Assembly (NCBI GenBank): GCA_951406725.2
Contig: OX597838.1
Span: forward strand, 7,006,001-7,070,000
DNA length: 64,000 nucleotides
Source of the DNA: Octopus vulgaris
Lineage: Eukaryota
Direction of reading: 5' to 3'
The position numbers and the translations under genes were made by a program. Below, piece after piece: positions 13,604 through 27,132 of this stretch (position 1 is the first letter of the stretch; every line of letters begins with the position of its first letter). The notes under the pieces are model-generated. The model searched no databases. It saw nothing but the letters and a program-made list of their open reading frames with translations, and was not told the DNA's origin.

Positions 13604-14115
13604 GATATAATGTGGTGAGAAGGAAAGAAAGCTGTGAATCTAGTCGAGTTAACGGTTGCTCAGGGCTCGGAATATTGACAATTATGTAATCCCTCTCGAG
13701 GAATGTGAAGACGCCGTCCGAAAGCGGAGCATTTTCCATTCGAAGACGGATTTAGAGGATTTGTTGGTCACAGTGTGAGACGAATTTTGTTATCGTGTGG
13801 TCTAACTCGACGTAAGGTAAATACCACTGTGACCAATATCCAAAATACAGTGGAGAGGGCCAGCCACTGGATTTGGGTAAACAGAGGCGATGAGCGATGG
13901 CTAGAAGAATATTGAGCTATATTTGATAACCAGTTGATCTAGCAAGCGGGGCCTCATATCACTGAGAGAGGCCGGTGCGCATTGATGCTATCGAGAGGTA
14001 GGCCCCGAACCGGCGCGCATTCTCTCCTGATAACCCCATAGAGTTGCTGGTTTTCGGTATGCGGGGTTCTTGACTGGTCACTTATGCGTGTGCTAATTAT
14101 TTCCATAACAACTCC
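13604..14115 (+). mobile_element. 3' end of a HERO/NeSL-like RLE non-LTR retrotransposon, pseudogenised
   Basis: Frameshifted translation DIMW*EGKKAVNLVELTV...EECEDA...AEHFPFEDGFRGFVGHSVRRILLSCGL...VERASHWIWVNRGDERWLEEY* (stop 13913-13915) matches the RLE motifs PDIVLW..K.V.LIELTVP and FPVEVGCRGF...AE.AS.WLW.KR. About 200 nt of presumed 3' UTR follows. Confidence 0.85.
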
Positions 14116-14180
14116 ATCTCTCTCTCTCTCTGCATATATATATATACATATATTTATATGTATATTCTTATAAACAAATA

Positions 14181-14234
<54 letters not shown>

Positions 14235-14240
<6 letters not shown>

Positions 14241-14396
14241 GATTTATATATACCTACATTATATATACAAACAACTTATGTGCGTGTTTGTATATATAAT
14301 GTAGGTGTATATAAATCTAAATATATATATATATATATATATTTAGATTTATATATATCTACATTATATATAGGAACACACACCACATAAGTTGTT
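14235..14396. repeat. Short inverted triplication (direct-inverted-direct)
   Basis: 14235-14273 pairs with 14285-14323 (38/39); a third copy in direct orientation lies at 14340-14396. Confidence 0.9.
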
Positions 14397-14828
14397 CGCT
14401 GTAGTTTTATGTTGTTGTTTTGCATTTATCCACCCCCCCTGTTCGCTCACCATCTTTACTCGCACCGTTCACCAACTGCTAAGTCTCTCTCACATCCAAG
14501 ACCTACATACCTTTTAACATTCCCATTTCTCTAATTCTCCTCCACAGGTCCATCAATAGAAAGTACAATTAAACGATTCCTTGATGCTGCGTAAAATATA
14601 TTGTGTATTTGCGAGTGTGTGTGTGTGTCTGCGAGTGTGTGTGCTTTGTATATGAAGATGTATGTGTACGTGTGCGTGTGTATTGTATCTGTGTGAGTGT
14701 TGTGACTTTATGAGTGTGTGAATGACTTTTGCTTCGTGTAAACTATCGATGGTTTGAAATATGTGTTTCCTTCAAATAGCGTGAAATAACAGAAACAGTA
14801 AAACAGCAGAAAACTAGGATAGAGAGCT

Positions 14829-15190
14829 GTGGTGGTGGTGGTTGCGGTTGTGGTGGTATTGATGTTAGTGGAAGCGGTGGTGGAAGTGGTGGCGGTGGTG
14901 GTAGTGGTGGTGGTGGTGGTGATGGTGGTGGTATTGATGTTAGTGGAAGCGGTGGTGGAGGTGGTGGCGGTGGCGGTAGCGGTGGCAGTAGCGGTGGTGG
15001 TGGTGGTGGAGGTGGTGGTGGTGGCGGAGGTGGTGGCGGTGGATGTTGTGGTGGTGGTGATGGTGGTGGAGACGGTGGTATTGATGTTAGTGGAAGGGGT
15101 GGCAGAGGCAGTGGCGGTGGCGGTAGCGGTGGCGGTGGTGTTGGTGTTGGTGGTGGTGGTGCTGGTGCTGGTGGTGGTTGTGGTGGAGTT
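14829..15190. repeat. (GGT)n low-complexity array with a recurring gtattgatgttagtggaag unit
   Basis: The unit is seen three times (about 14856, 14931, 15078). Confidence 0.92.
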
Positions 15191-15415
15191 TTTTTGTGCT
15201 ATGTCGATGATGACTATTACGACTACGCGTCTGCCACTGCTAATGGTGATGGTGATGATGAATACGATGATGTCTACGATGATGCTTGTGATGATGCGGT
15301 AGGTTAAGGGAGATTAAGTTGGTGGTGACGGTAAGCGGGTGGGGGTAATTGTGAAGAGGTAGAGGGATAAAGGAGAGCAGGACGTTGCTGATGAAGTTGG
15401 TGATGACGGTGATGT

Positions 15416-15427
<12 letters not shown>

Positions 15428-15497
<70 letters not shown>

Positions 15498-15539
15498 GTG
15501 ATGATGATGGCGGTGATGATGATGATGATGATGATGATA

Positions 15540-15576
<37 letters not shown>

Positions 15577-15719
15577 CGACGATGGTGATGATGATGGTGA
15601 TGATGATGGTGATGATGATGATGATGATGAGGATGATGATGATGATGATGATGATGATAATGACGATGATGATGATGATGACGACGACGATGGTGATGAT
15701 GATGATGGTGATGATGATG

Positions 15720-15751
<32 letters not shown>

Positions 15752-15754
15752 GAC

Positions 15755-15795
<41 letters not shown>

Positions 15796-15851
15796 CGACG
15801 ATGATGGTGACGACGACGACGATGGTGATGATGATGATGGTGATGATGATG

Positions 15852-15883
<32 letters not shown>

Positions 15884-15900
15884 GACGATGATGATGATGA
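15428..15900. repeat. (GAT)n microsatellite, about 470 bp
   Basis: Direct repeat with GGT/GAC interruptions; explains the poly-D/M/H/S ORFs. Confidence 0.98.
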
Positions 15901-16274
15901 AGGTAGTACATCTGAAAGTTGAAACAAAATAATAAATAACAAAATTAAAACTATGAGTATAAGAAAGACGTAGAAGAAGACGAAGAAGAAGAAGAAGAAG
16001 AAGAAGAAGAAGAAGAAGAAGAAGAAGAAGAAGAAGAAGAATAGCATTCAGGTAACTGCAATGAATCGATCTCTTTCAATGGGTAAATAAAAGACGATAT
16101 AAAAGAATCGAAGATGAAGGCTGAGCATTCAATGCGAATCAAAGGGAGACTTAAACATCAATACCTTATACGCATGCGTGAGAGACTGCGATGTGTGAAT
16201 GGCAGCTTGCATACATAAAACCCACCACACGCATACACACACATTGTCTCTCTTTCACAATGAGTATGTATGCA

Positions 16275-17517
<1,243 letters not shown>

Positions 17518-18138
17518 AGTTGCACGTGTAGTCTTTCATTATAGTGCATGTGTATTTACCACAGTTGCATGTACATGCATATTTGTAGTTCTATATATGC
17601 ACATATAATTTCCCGGTCTGTACATACCCTGACCCATCACACTAACTAATATTAAAACACTCTAAAACACATTTCTCTTTCTCCCAAACGCACCTACGAA
17701 CGAATATATATATGTATATCTGTTTCGTTTCTAGCTCTCTTACTGTATATATTATGTGTGAGTTCGTATGAATGTGTGCGCTTGTATGTGTCAGTAATGA
17801 AGTATATATATATATATATAAAGCAAAATGGATATGTATACATGTTATCTTTGCTCATCACTTTCACAGAAATCGTAGCTTATGCACAGATCATAACAGC
17901 GTTTACTATTCAGCTGATGCCTCTCGCCTTTCAGATATTTTCATGAACATTCGGCCCAGCGCCCGAATGAATATGAGTATAAAGTTTTAAAAAAAACTAT
18001 AAGTTCGATAACGCCATAAGAATTGATACTCTTTTATGTTTGTTGTATATGAACGTTGATAATACATAATCGAAGAAGAACATATTTCTCTAAAGCTTTT
18101 AGGACACTGTACAACATAATTATTGATAAGGTAAAGTG

Positions 18139-18960
18139 GGAGTACTCAGCCGGTATCCGAGGAGTGCGGGTCTGAGTCCCGTAGCTGTCAATTGGAAAAC
18201 TTTTTTCCGTTTTATAATGATAATAATACACCATTTTCATTTGTTGTTTCTTAGTAGGAGATCTTTTATCTGTCTGTTCGTGCGTCGGAAATTTCGTCAA
18301 GAAACCTTGTAAAGGTTGGGTGGATATCAACCGAAACTTTGTGTTAACAACAAATACGACGAGGACAAATATCCGTCAAATGTAAATAATGGAAATAATG
18401 TACATAATTCCTCATTTCTTATAAGTAGAACTGTAATATTTTTGTATTGTCTAGACAAGAAGGTAACATTTTGAACACAGTATAGCTTTGAAAACAGCAA
18501 AAATATCGGATATTATTAGCCTGAAGATGGAGGCGGCGAGCACACAATCGTTAGCACATCAGGTGAAACCCTTACTAGTATTTCGTCTGCCGTTACGTTC
18601 TGAGTTCAAATTCCGCCGAGGTCGACTTTGCCTTTCATCCTTTCGGGGTCGATGAATTAAGTAACTGTTGCGTACTGGGATCGATCTGATCGACTGCCCC
18701 CTCACCCAAAATTTCAGTCCTTGTGCTAAGAATCAAAATTATTATTAAACTTAAGACGGAAAAAAAAGGTTTTCAATAGACAGCTACGGGACTCAGACCC
18801 GCACTCCTCGGATACCGGCTGAGTACTCCGCCGGTATCTTAGTGGGGCGGCTTCTAGTCCCGTGGCCGTCTGTTGACAAACTTTTTCCCGTCTTATAATG
18901 ATAATAATACACCATTTTTCGGCTGTTATCATGGTTGTTCCGCGTCCGAAATATTACATT
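18139..18960. mobile_element. Composite repeat: perfect 51-bp inverted arms, fossil hammerhead motif and a third diverged direct copy
   Basis: 18139-18189 is the exact reverse complement of 18779-18829; 18830-18955 is a diverged copy of 18150-18290; GGTTG-N9-CAACC-GAAAC at 18314-18337. Confidence 0.7.
18533..18726 (+). mobile_element. SINE family B monomer
   Basis: ggcggcgagc...tatttcgtctgccgttacgttctgagttcaaattccgccgaggtcgactttgcctttcatcctttcggggtcgat. Confidence 0.92.
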
Positions 18961-19310
18961 CTTCTCTGTACATTATCATACACATTCGACTCTTCTAAAA
19001 ACAAAATAAAACTTCGCGTACGCATGTTGTTAATACAACTGTGATTTATAGCTGATATCTTTGTCAGGCAGCCCCCCCCCCCAAAAAAAAAGGTTCAAAC
19101 ACAAACATCGGGTAAAGTATCATGCAGCGGGTAACAGCTAACATACAGCTCAGTACTTGGGTGCTTGCTGGGTGCGACATTGCGTTGAAGAAATGTAATG
19201 TCTTCGTCAGGGACACCTTAGCAATATGTCGTAAAGCATTATTTACGAATTCTCTATATATTTATGACCAGATACACACGCACACATACACACACACATA
19301 TATATATGTA

Positions 19311-19358
<48 letters not shown>

Positions 19359-19374
19359 CACACACACACTCACA

Positions 19375-19442
<68 letters not shown>

Positions 19443-19444
19443 CA

Positions 19445-19480
<36 letters not shown>

Positions 19481-19897
19481 TACGTGTGCGTATCTCTGTG
19501 TGTGCATCTACGAATTATCTAGTTTTCAAGCTATGTATCTCTTTGTATAAATACGAGTATAAAACGACACACACACAAATACACACAAACATATATAAAT
19601 GAAGACAAACATGATTATATGCATACATCGTGCTTATTTACAAGTTGCTAAAATCTCTCGCTTCTTCAGCAGGTTTCACCTTTCTCTTTGCCCTCTGATC
19701 TGCATTCCTGCCAATTTGTCTTGCGGCCACGAAGCATACAGATTTTGGAAACTTTCCAAACCGAACTGAAACACTAAACGACATCTACATTTCGCGTCAA
19801 CCACACAAAACTTAGTCGTGTTTGCAGTTGTACACGTCTACTAACTAAAACTGTTAATGTTGGACTAATGACCTTTCCTCTTTCCGTCACTCCCTCA

Positions 19898-19935
<38 letters not shown>

Positions 19936-20259
19936 ACATATATATATGTATATCTCTTCTTTTATTTCTTACGAAAAGATTTTGGTTCCAAGTGCATGTT
20001 TGGTACATTTTATCTTGGATATATTTGGAACTGTAAACAATAGACAGTGATGAGGCTGAAGTACATTTCGGATTCGATAAATGTCTAAAATTCCTCCTTT
20101 CACTGTGAACTTTGCTTTTTACATACATGCAGCCTACACGTGCAGGCACTCTCGCACGCACTGTGCTCATACGCACATATGTGCGTTTGCATATACATGT
20201 GCCAAATGTATACATGAATATATGTGTGTATTTATATGCATATGTATGTATATATATAC

Positions 20260-20451
20260 CGGAGTAAACACATAAATGTGAAACAAGATGGGAAAAAAGA
20301 GTACTCAAATACCAGTGGTAGAGTAATATGCTTTATTTAAAGCAGCAGAAAATTCTACAAAACCTGTTCTAGCAAAAGCTGTCCGATTAACGGCATCGTG
20401 AAACTCAGAGTAACAGGTTTTGTAGAATTTTCTGGTGCTTTATATAAAGTA

Positions 20452-20454
<3 letters not shown>
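20260..20454 (+). mobile_element. Fold-back element with 43-bp inverted arms (Penelope-like inverted pseudo-LTR candidate)
   Basis: 20326-20368 pairs with 20412-20454 (40/43); the element is embedded in (TA)n. Confidence 0.75.
20379..20416 (+). ncRNA. Type I hammerhead ribozyme fold with degenerate core
   Basis: ctgt CCGATTA ACG gcat CGT GAAA CTC a GAG TA acag: stems I, II and III all pair; the core differs from CUGANGA at U4C and G8U. Confidence 0.6.
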
Positions 20455-20507
<53 letters not shown>

Positions 20508-20510
<3 letters not shown>

Positions 20511-20769
20511 TAAGTAATTAAGGGTTTAGCAACGATTTGCCTCACCACACACCGAATTTAGAAATAGCAGTTTTACTGAGATCTCCCTTTTAGTAGAAAG
20601 AATAGCTATAACTATTTGACTGCTATTTCTAAATTCGGTGTGTGGTGAGGCAAATCGTTGCTAAACCCTTACTTAGTATTACTTAAACTTTCCTCGAATG
20701 AGGCTTTTACATTCTACTTGGTGAAATTAATGATTATTCCAAATTAATTAATTTCACCCTATATTGTTA

Positions 20770-20775
<6 letters not shown>
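20508..20775. mobile_element. Fold-back element with perfect 53-bp inverted arms
   Basis: 20519-20571 is the exact reverse complement of 20619-20671 with a 47-nt spacer; (TA)n on both sides. Confidence 0.8.
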
Positions 20776-20805
<30 letters not shown>

Positions 20806-20892
20806 AATGGATGAATGAATTATCCTATGTTTACGGTTGACATGGAAAATTCAATAAATACATATATATACATATGTATATATATATATATA

Positions 20893-21045
20893 TGTACGAC
20901 GGGCTTATTTCCGTTTGCATCAATGAAATCCACTGACAAGCAGAGTAGAAGGCACTTGTCCAACGGGCCACGCAATGGGACTGAAATCCGAACACTGAAA
21001 GATGTGGCTATAAAGCCAGTTTCTTTCCACACAGTCACGCCTGTA
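20893..21045 (-). mobile_element. SINE family A, diverged 5' half
   Basis: tacgacgggcttatttccgttt...aaatccact...cacttgtccaa..gccacgcaatgggactgaa. Confidence 0.75.
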
Positions 21046-21757
21046 CTCTGGTAAACCATAATACGTTTTTACTTCCTCAGCTTATTGCTAAATCGTTTCT
21101 TTATGTATCTAGGCATAAAACAGACATGTATGTATACATAATTTGATATTCACCTATATATATATACACACACGAAAGTGCACACACAAGCACATACCTG
21201 AAAACATGTAATGAGTTGATGCGCAGGACACGGACATTTACCATGTGCAGTCTCTGTCGAACTGAAATTGTGAACGCTTCTAGAAAAGAATGAACGATGT
21301 GATGATAACAACATCTCCAAACAAGAAAGGTTACATATTTTAAATGAAGAATTTCTCCCTAATTGCGAAGATATTAAACAGAAAAAAAAATCTGCGTTCT
21401 AGAAGATTATAATTGTGTACAAGGTTTTCTGTCCTAGTAAATATCTGCAGTAATGGAATTACGTTACCTTATCTCCACAGTGCAACCACGATTTTACACA
21501 TACATACACACATACATTATAATTTAGGGTATGTAAGAGATACCTCACCGCTGGAAATAGCAGCGAAATATTGTTGCTGTATGAACATTAAATTGATATT
21601 ATCTGTTCTTCCACTGAAATACAACTATCGCTCTTTGGCTATTGGGACCAAAACCCGACGTGAGAGTGATGTATATTGTATTATTAATCATATGTGAAAT
21701 ATAGATTCTATATAAGTACACAAATACACTATTCAACTTTTATACGTATAGATATAG

Positions 21758-21800
<43 letters not shown>

Positions 21801-21865
21801 CAAATATAGATTGATACATATATAAATACATATATACAGGTAGACATGCACACACACACATATAC

Positions 21866-21973
<108 letters not shown>

Positions 21974-22129
21974 ATATATATATTAGTCGATACCTTTTAG
22001 CAAATTACATATTTATCAATTTCTGGAAGCGATATGCTGTTTGTGACATCAAAGTTTATGCCTGGTCTCCTTCATCAGTTAATGTGTGTGCGTGTGTGTG
22101 TGTGTTATATTTATGCTTTTTTTTCTGTA

Positions 22130-22415
22130 AAGGTGCACGATTTAACGGTCATTTTGTTGCATGGAGATCATGGGTTCGATTCCTACACAAAACGTGCCAC
22201 GTGTTCTTAAACAAAAAAAATCAATTTCATGTTGCTCCAGTCCACTGAGTCTGCAATGAGTTACACCCACAACTGACCCTCGTTTGGTGCCTGGGAATTG
22301 TTGTGCATCCACTCCAGCCAACCGCTTCATTACATTCGAAATCTATAACAATGTGACAAAGTGCATCATGCCCAGCGGTGTCCAACCAGCATCAAGCAGT
22401 CTCTTGATGCAGTGA
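22130..22415 (+). mobile_element. SINE family D (Meta/CORE-type domain), diverged; duplicated at about 23530-23815
   Basis: B box gggttcgattcc followed by gtgttcttaaacaa...tttcatgttgctccagtccactgagtctg..aatgagt, homologous to 39775-39900. Confidence 0.65.
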
Positions 22416-22516
22416 TATGTATGTATTCATACGCACAGACATACATCATTCATTTATAAATATACACATAGAGAAATACATGCATGCATGTATATATATA
22501 TATATATATATATATA

Positions 22517-22640
22517 AAGGGAAAGTTTACGAAAATAAACGAAAGACGAAGGCAAGTGGTGTACAAACAAACAGATGTATTAGTATAGCGCTCAGGAATA
22601 GAAAAAGTCTTTTACGTTTCGAGCCTACGCTCTTCTACAG
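22517..22640 (-). mobile_element. Hammerhead-bearing Penelope-like short element (family H), 5'-truncated at the core
   Basis: Minus strand CTGTAGA A GAGC gtag GCTC GAAA CG TA aaagac followed by the shared tail actaatacatctgtttg...; ends in (TA)n. Confidence 0.75.
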
Positions 22641-23069
22641 GTATCTACCCTTTGCATTCCAATTAAGGGATGCAAAGAGTAGGTTCCTAGCATTTTCAAA
22701 TTAGTATGTACATACATATATACATAAATACACACTTAAGTACATACCTATAGTCATACATACATACATAATACATACTCAAATATATCCATACATACAT
22801 ACACAATCATACATGCATACTCACATACTTACATACATACATTCACACATGCTTACATACATGCATGCATATACCTACATACATACATCCATCCACACAT
22901 ACTTACTCACACATATACATCCATACATACACACATACATTCATACACACATACAATCACACATACATGCACACACATACATACGTACATACCTACATAC
23001 ATAAATATATGCACACATACTTACACGCATACTTACATACACACATACTTACATACACACATACATACG

Positions 23070-23107
<38 letters not shown>

Positions 23108-23329
23108 CGTACATACCTATATAGATGCATGCATACATATATAACATACATATTACATACCTACATACATACGTACATACCTACATACATAAATATATGA
23201 CACATACAGACACACTTACATACACACATACTTACATATATACATACGTACATACCTACATACATGAATATATGCACACACACATACACACATATACATA
23301 TATATATCCATATATACATACACACATAT

Positions 23330-23363
<34 letters not shown>

Positions 23364-23887
23364 ACCTATATATACATATATATATTAGTCGATACCTTTT
23401 AGCAAATTACATATTTATCAATTTCTGGAAGCGATATGCTGTTTGTGACATCAAAGTTTATGCCTGGTCTCCTTCATCAGTTAATGTGTGTGTGTGTGTG
23501 TGTGTGTTATATTTATGCTTTTTTTCTGTAAAGGTGCACGATTTAACGGTCATTTTGTTGCATGGAGATCATGGGTTCGATTCCTACACAAAACGTGCCA
23601 CGTGTTCTTAAACAAAAAAATCCATTTCATGTTGCTCCAGTCCACTGAGTCTGCAATGAGTTACACCCACAACTGACCCTCGTTTGGTGCCTGGGAATTG
23701 TTATGCATCCACTCCAGCCAACCGCTTCATTACATTCGAAATCTATAACAATGTGACAAAGTGCATCATGCCCAGCGGTGTCCAACCAGCATCAAGCAGT
23801 CTCTTGATGCAGTGATATGTATGTATTCATACGCACAGACATACATCATTCATTTATAAATATACACATAGAGAAATACATGCATGC

Positions 23888-23918
<31 letters not shown>

Positions 23919-23921
<3 letters not shown>

Positions 23922-24042
23922 GGAAAGTTTACGAAAATAAACGAAAGACGAAGGCAAGTGGTGTACAAACAAACAGATGTATTAGTATAGCGCTCAGGAA
24001 TAGAAAAAGTCTTTTACGTTTCGAGCCTACGCTCTTCTACAG
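23919..24042 (-). mobile_element. Duplicate of the family H element
   Basis: Identical to 22517-22640; part of the tandem duplication. Confidence 0.75.
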
Positions 24043-25409
24043 GTATCTACCCTTTGCATTCCAATTAAGGGATGCAAAGAGTAGGTTCCTAGCATTTTCA
24101 AATTAGTATGTACATACATATATACATAAATACACACTTAAGTACATACCTATAGTCATACATACATACATAATACATACTCAAATATATCCATACATAC
24201 ATACACAATCATACATGCATACTCACATACTTACATACATACATTCACACATGCTTACATACATGCATGCTTATACCTACATACATACATCCATCCACAC
24301 ATACTTACTCACACATATACATCCATACATACACACATACATTCATACACACATACAATCACACATACATGCACACACATACATACGTACATACCTACAT
24401 ACATAAATATATGCACACATACTTACACGCATACTTACATACACACATACTTACATACACACATACATACGTACATACCTACATACATAAATATATGCAC
24501 ACATACTACACACATACACATACACACATACTTACATACACACATACATACGTACATACCTACATACATAAATATATGCATGCATGCATACATACACATA
24601 CTTACATACACACATACTTACATACCTACATACATACGTACATACCTACATACATAAATATATGCACACATACAGACACGCATACTTACATACACACATA
24701 CTTACATACACTCATACATACGTACATACCTACATACATGAATATATGCACACACACATACACACATACTTACATACACACATATATATCCATACATACA
24801 TACACACATACATGCACACATACATACACTCATACTTACATACACACATACATACGTACATACCTACATACATAAATATATACATACATACGGAAATATG
24901 TATGCGTTTACATATATTTATCATTGTGTCTATTCGCATAAATATAATTCATTGCAATCGTTATATTATATTTCTTATTTTACAGATTCCATGCTAATCA
25001 TTATCTCTCAGGTTTCCGTGTACAAATACGAACCAACTCTTCTTTCTACGCTTAACATTCCTCTGAGTATATACTATTACAACGCCCCGGTTTCATTCAT
25101 TTATTCCCAACTTACACAGTGCTACTGAAAGTTCGGCTGGATTTCACCGAGTTTCTAACTTGACTGCGCTTTTTAGAAATTTATTGCCCTCTTGGGGAAT
25201 CTATGTCTATTTAGAATGGCTCTCCTCTGCAAACTATACGTAAATATGTAATGCTATCTGTCCATGCGGTATTTTACGTTACACTCAATTGCCTTTCATT
25301 CTGTATACACTTGGCAAATTCCTCCCCAACTCGGTATGTGTGCATGTATACGTTTGTTTGCCAGTAAAGATGGACATAGGCGTGTGTAACATTTACTGCA
25401 ATTCCTTAT

Positions 25410-25820
<411 letters not shown>

Positions 25821-26447
25821 TATAGGAATGAAAAAAAATGGAGCAATAATTGACAATGAGAAGTTGACCATTGGTATTAAGAGATCATAGGTTAATCGTA
25901 GTTCGGAAGCATTTACAGCCGTTTCTGTTTATCAAATCGAAGTAAATTTACGTTTACCTCATTACATTTAACAGACACCTTCAGAATGATTTTAGAGGGC
26001 AATGGAAGGAAAAGAAAAAGAGAAAGTAGGAAACATTCGTTAAGTCTTTAGGTTTACATTTTAGTGGCTTGTTGGGTGCAACGTGTTTGTAGTTGCCTCC
26101 ATTGAACGCATTGCCCCACGCATCTAATGGAACACACTACATGCGCGTTGAAACCAACAAGTTGTCAAACGATGGTGGTGGCGGGGGGAACGTATACATA
26201 ACGATAAAGATAGACAAAATGGCAACTAGAACGAGAAATATATACCCATATATAAGTATATATTAATATATTCCGTTACATATAAATAAGTGTGTGCGTG
26301 TTAAAATGTGCCTGCGTGTGTGTATATGTGTGTATGTGTATATGTGTGTGTGTCTGTGTGCAAATATAGGAATATAACTATATTCGTGTAAAAATAAGCT
26401 TCCGACTCCCAGTGTTATATACTCATAAACATATAAGTGTGTACGCG

Positions 26448-26482
<35 letters not shown>

Positions 26483-27052
26483 ATAAGTATGTGTGTGATT
26501 CCGTATACAGTCATTTGTGTCTATATATCTACAGCATTTTCTCTGCATTTCTTCTGAAAGTAATCAATGGAAAACTTTAGTTTTTATGACACTATTTTCT
26601 TTTCGTTTTTAATTCACAATTTTTTTTAATGTTCTGATCGATAATAGTCTACCAATATGTTATAGATTTACATTATCAGACGCACACATTAAATAAATAT
26701 AGATATACACACACATATACATGCAGGCGCTTATACATTGAAATATGCATATAATTGTGCATGTATACACATATAAACACACACACATATAAACACACAC
26801 ACATATATGTATGTTATGTATGAATATATACGTGTATTATGTATGTGTGTATATGTTTGAGATTGTCTATATATATATATATATATCTATATCTATAACT
26901 ATATATATATATATATATATTATATATGTATGTATACATATGCGTGTGTATATATGTGTGTGTATATATATATGTCGTGTGTGATGTATGTATTTATGTA
27001 TGTATGTATACACACATACAGACACACACACACACACATATATATATATATG

Positions 27053-27108
<56 letters not shown>

Positions 27109-27132
27109 TATATACATATATATCAGCCATGC

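Larger units (their letters stand above)
21983..24800. repeat. Tandem segmental duplication, period about 1402 bp
   Basis: ttagtcgataccttttagc starts at 21983 and 23385. The unique parts differ by a handful of substitutions and homopolymer lengths; breakpoints lie in (TA)n/(CATA)n. Confidence 0.95.
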
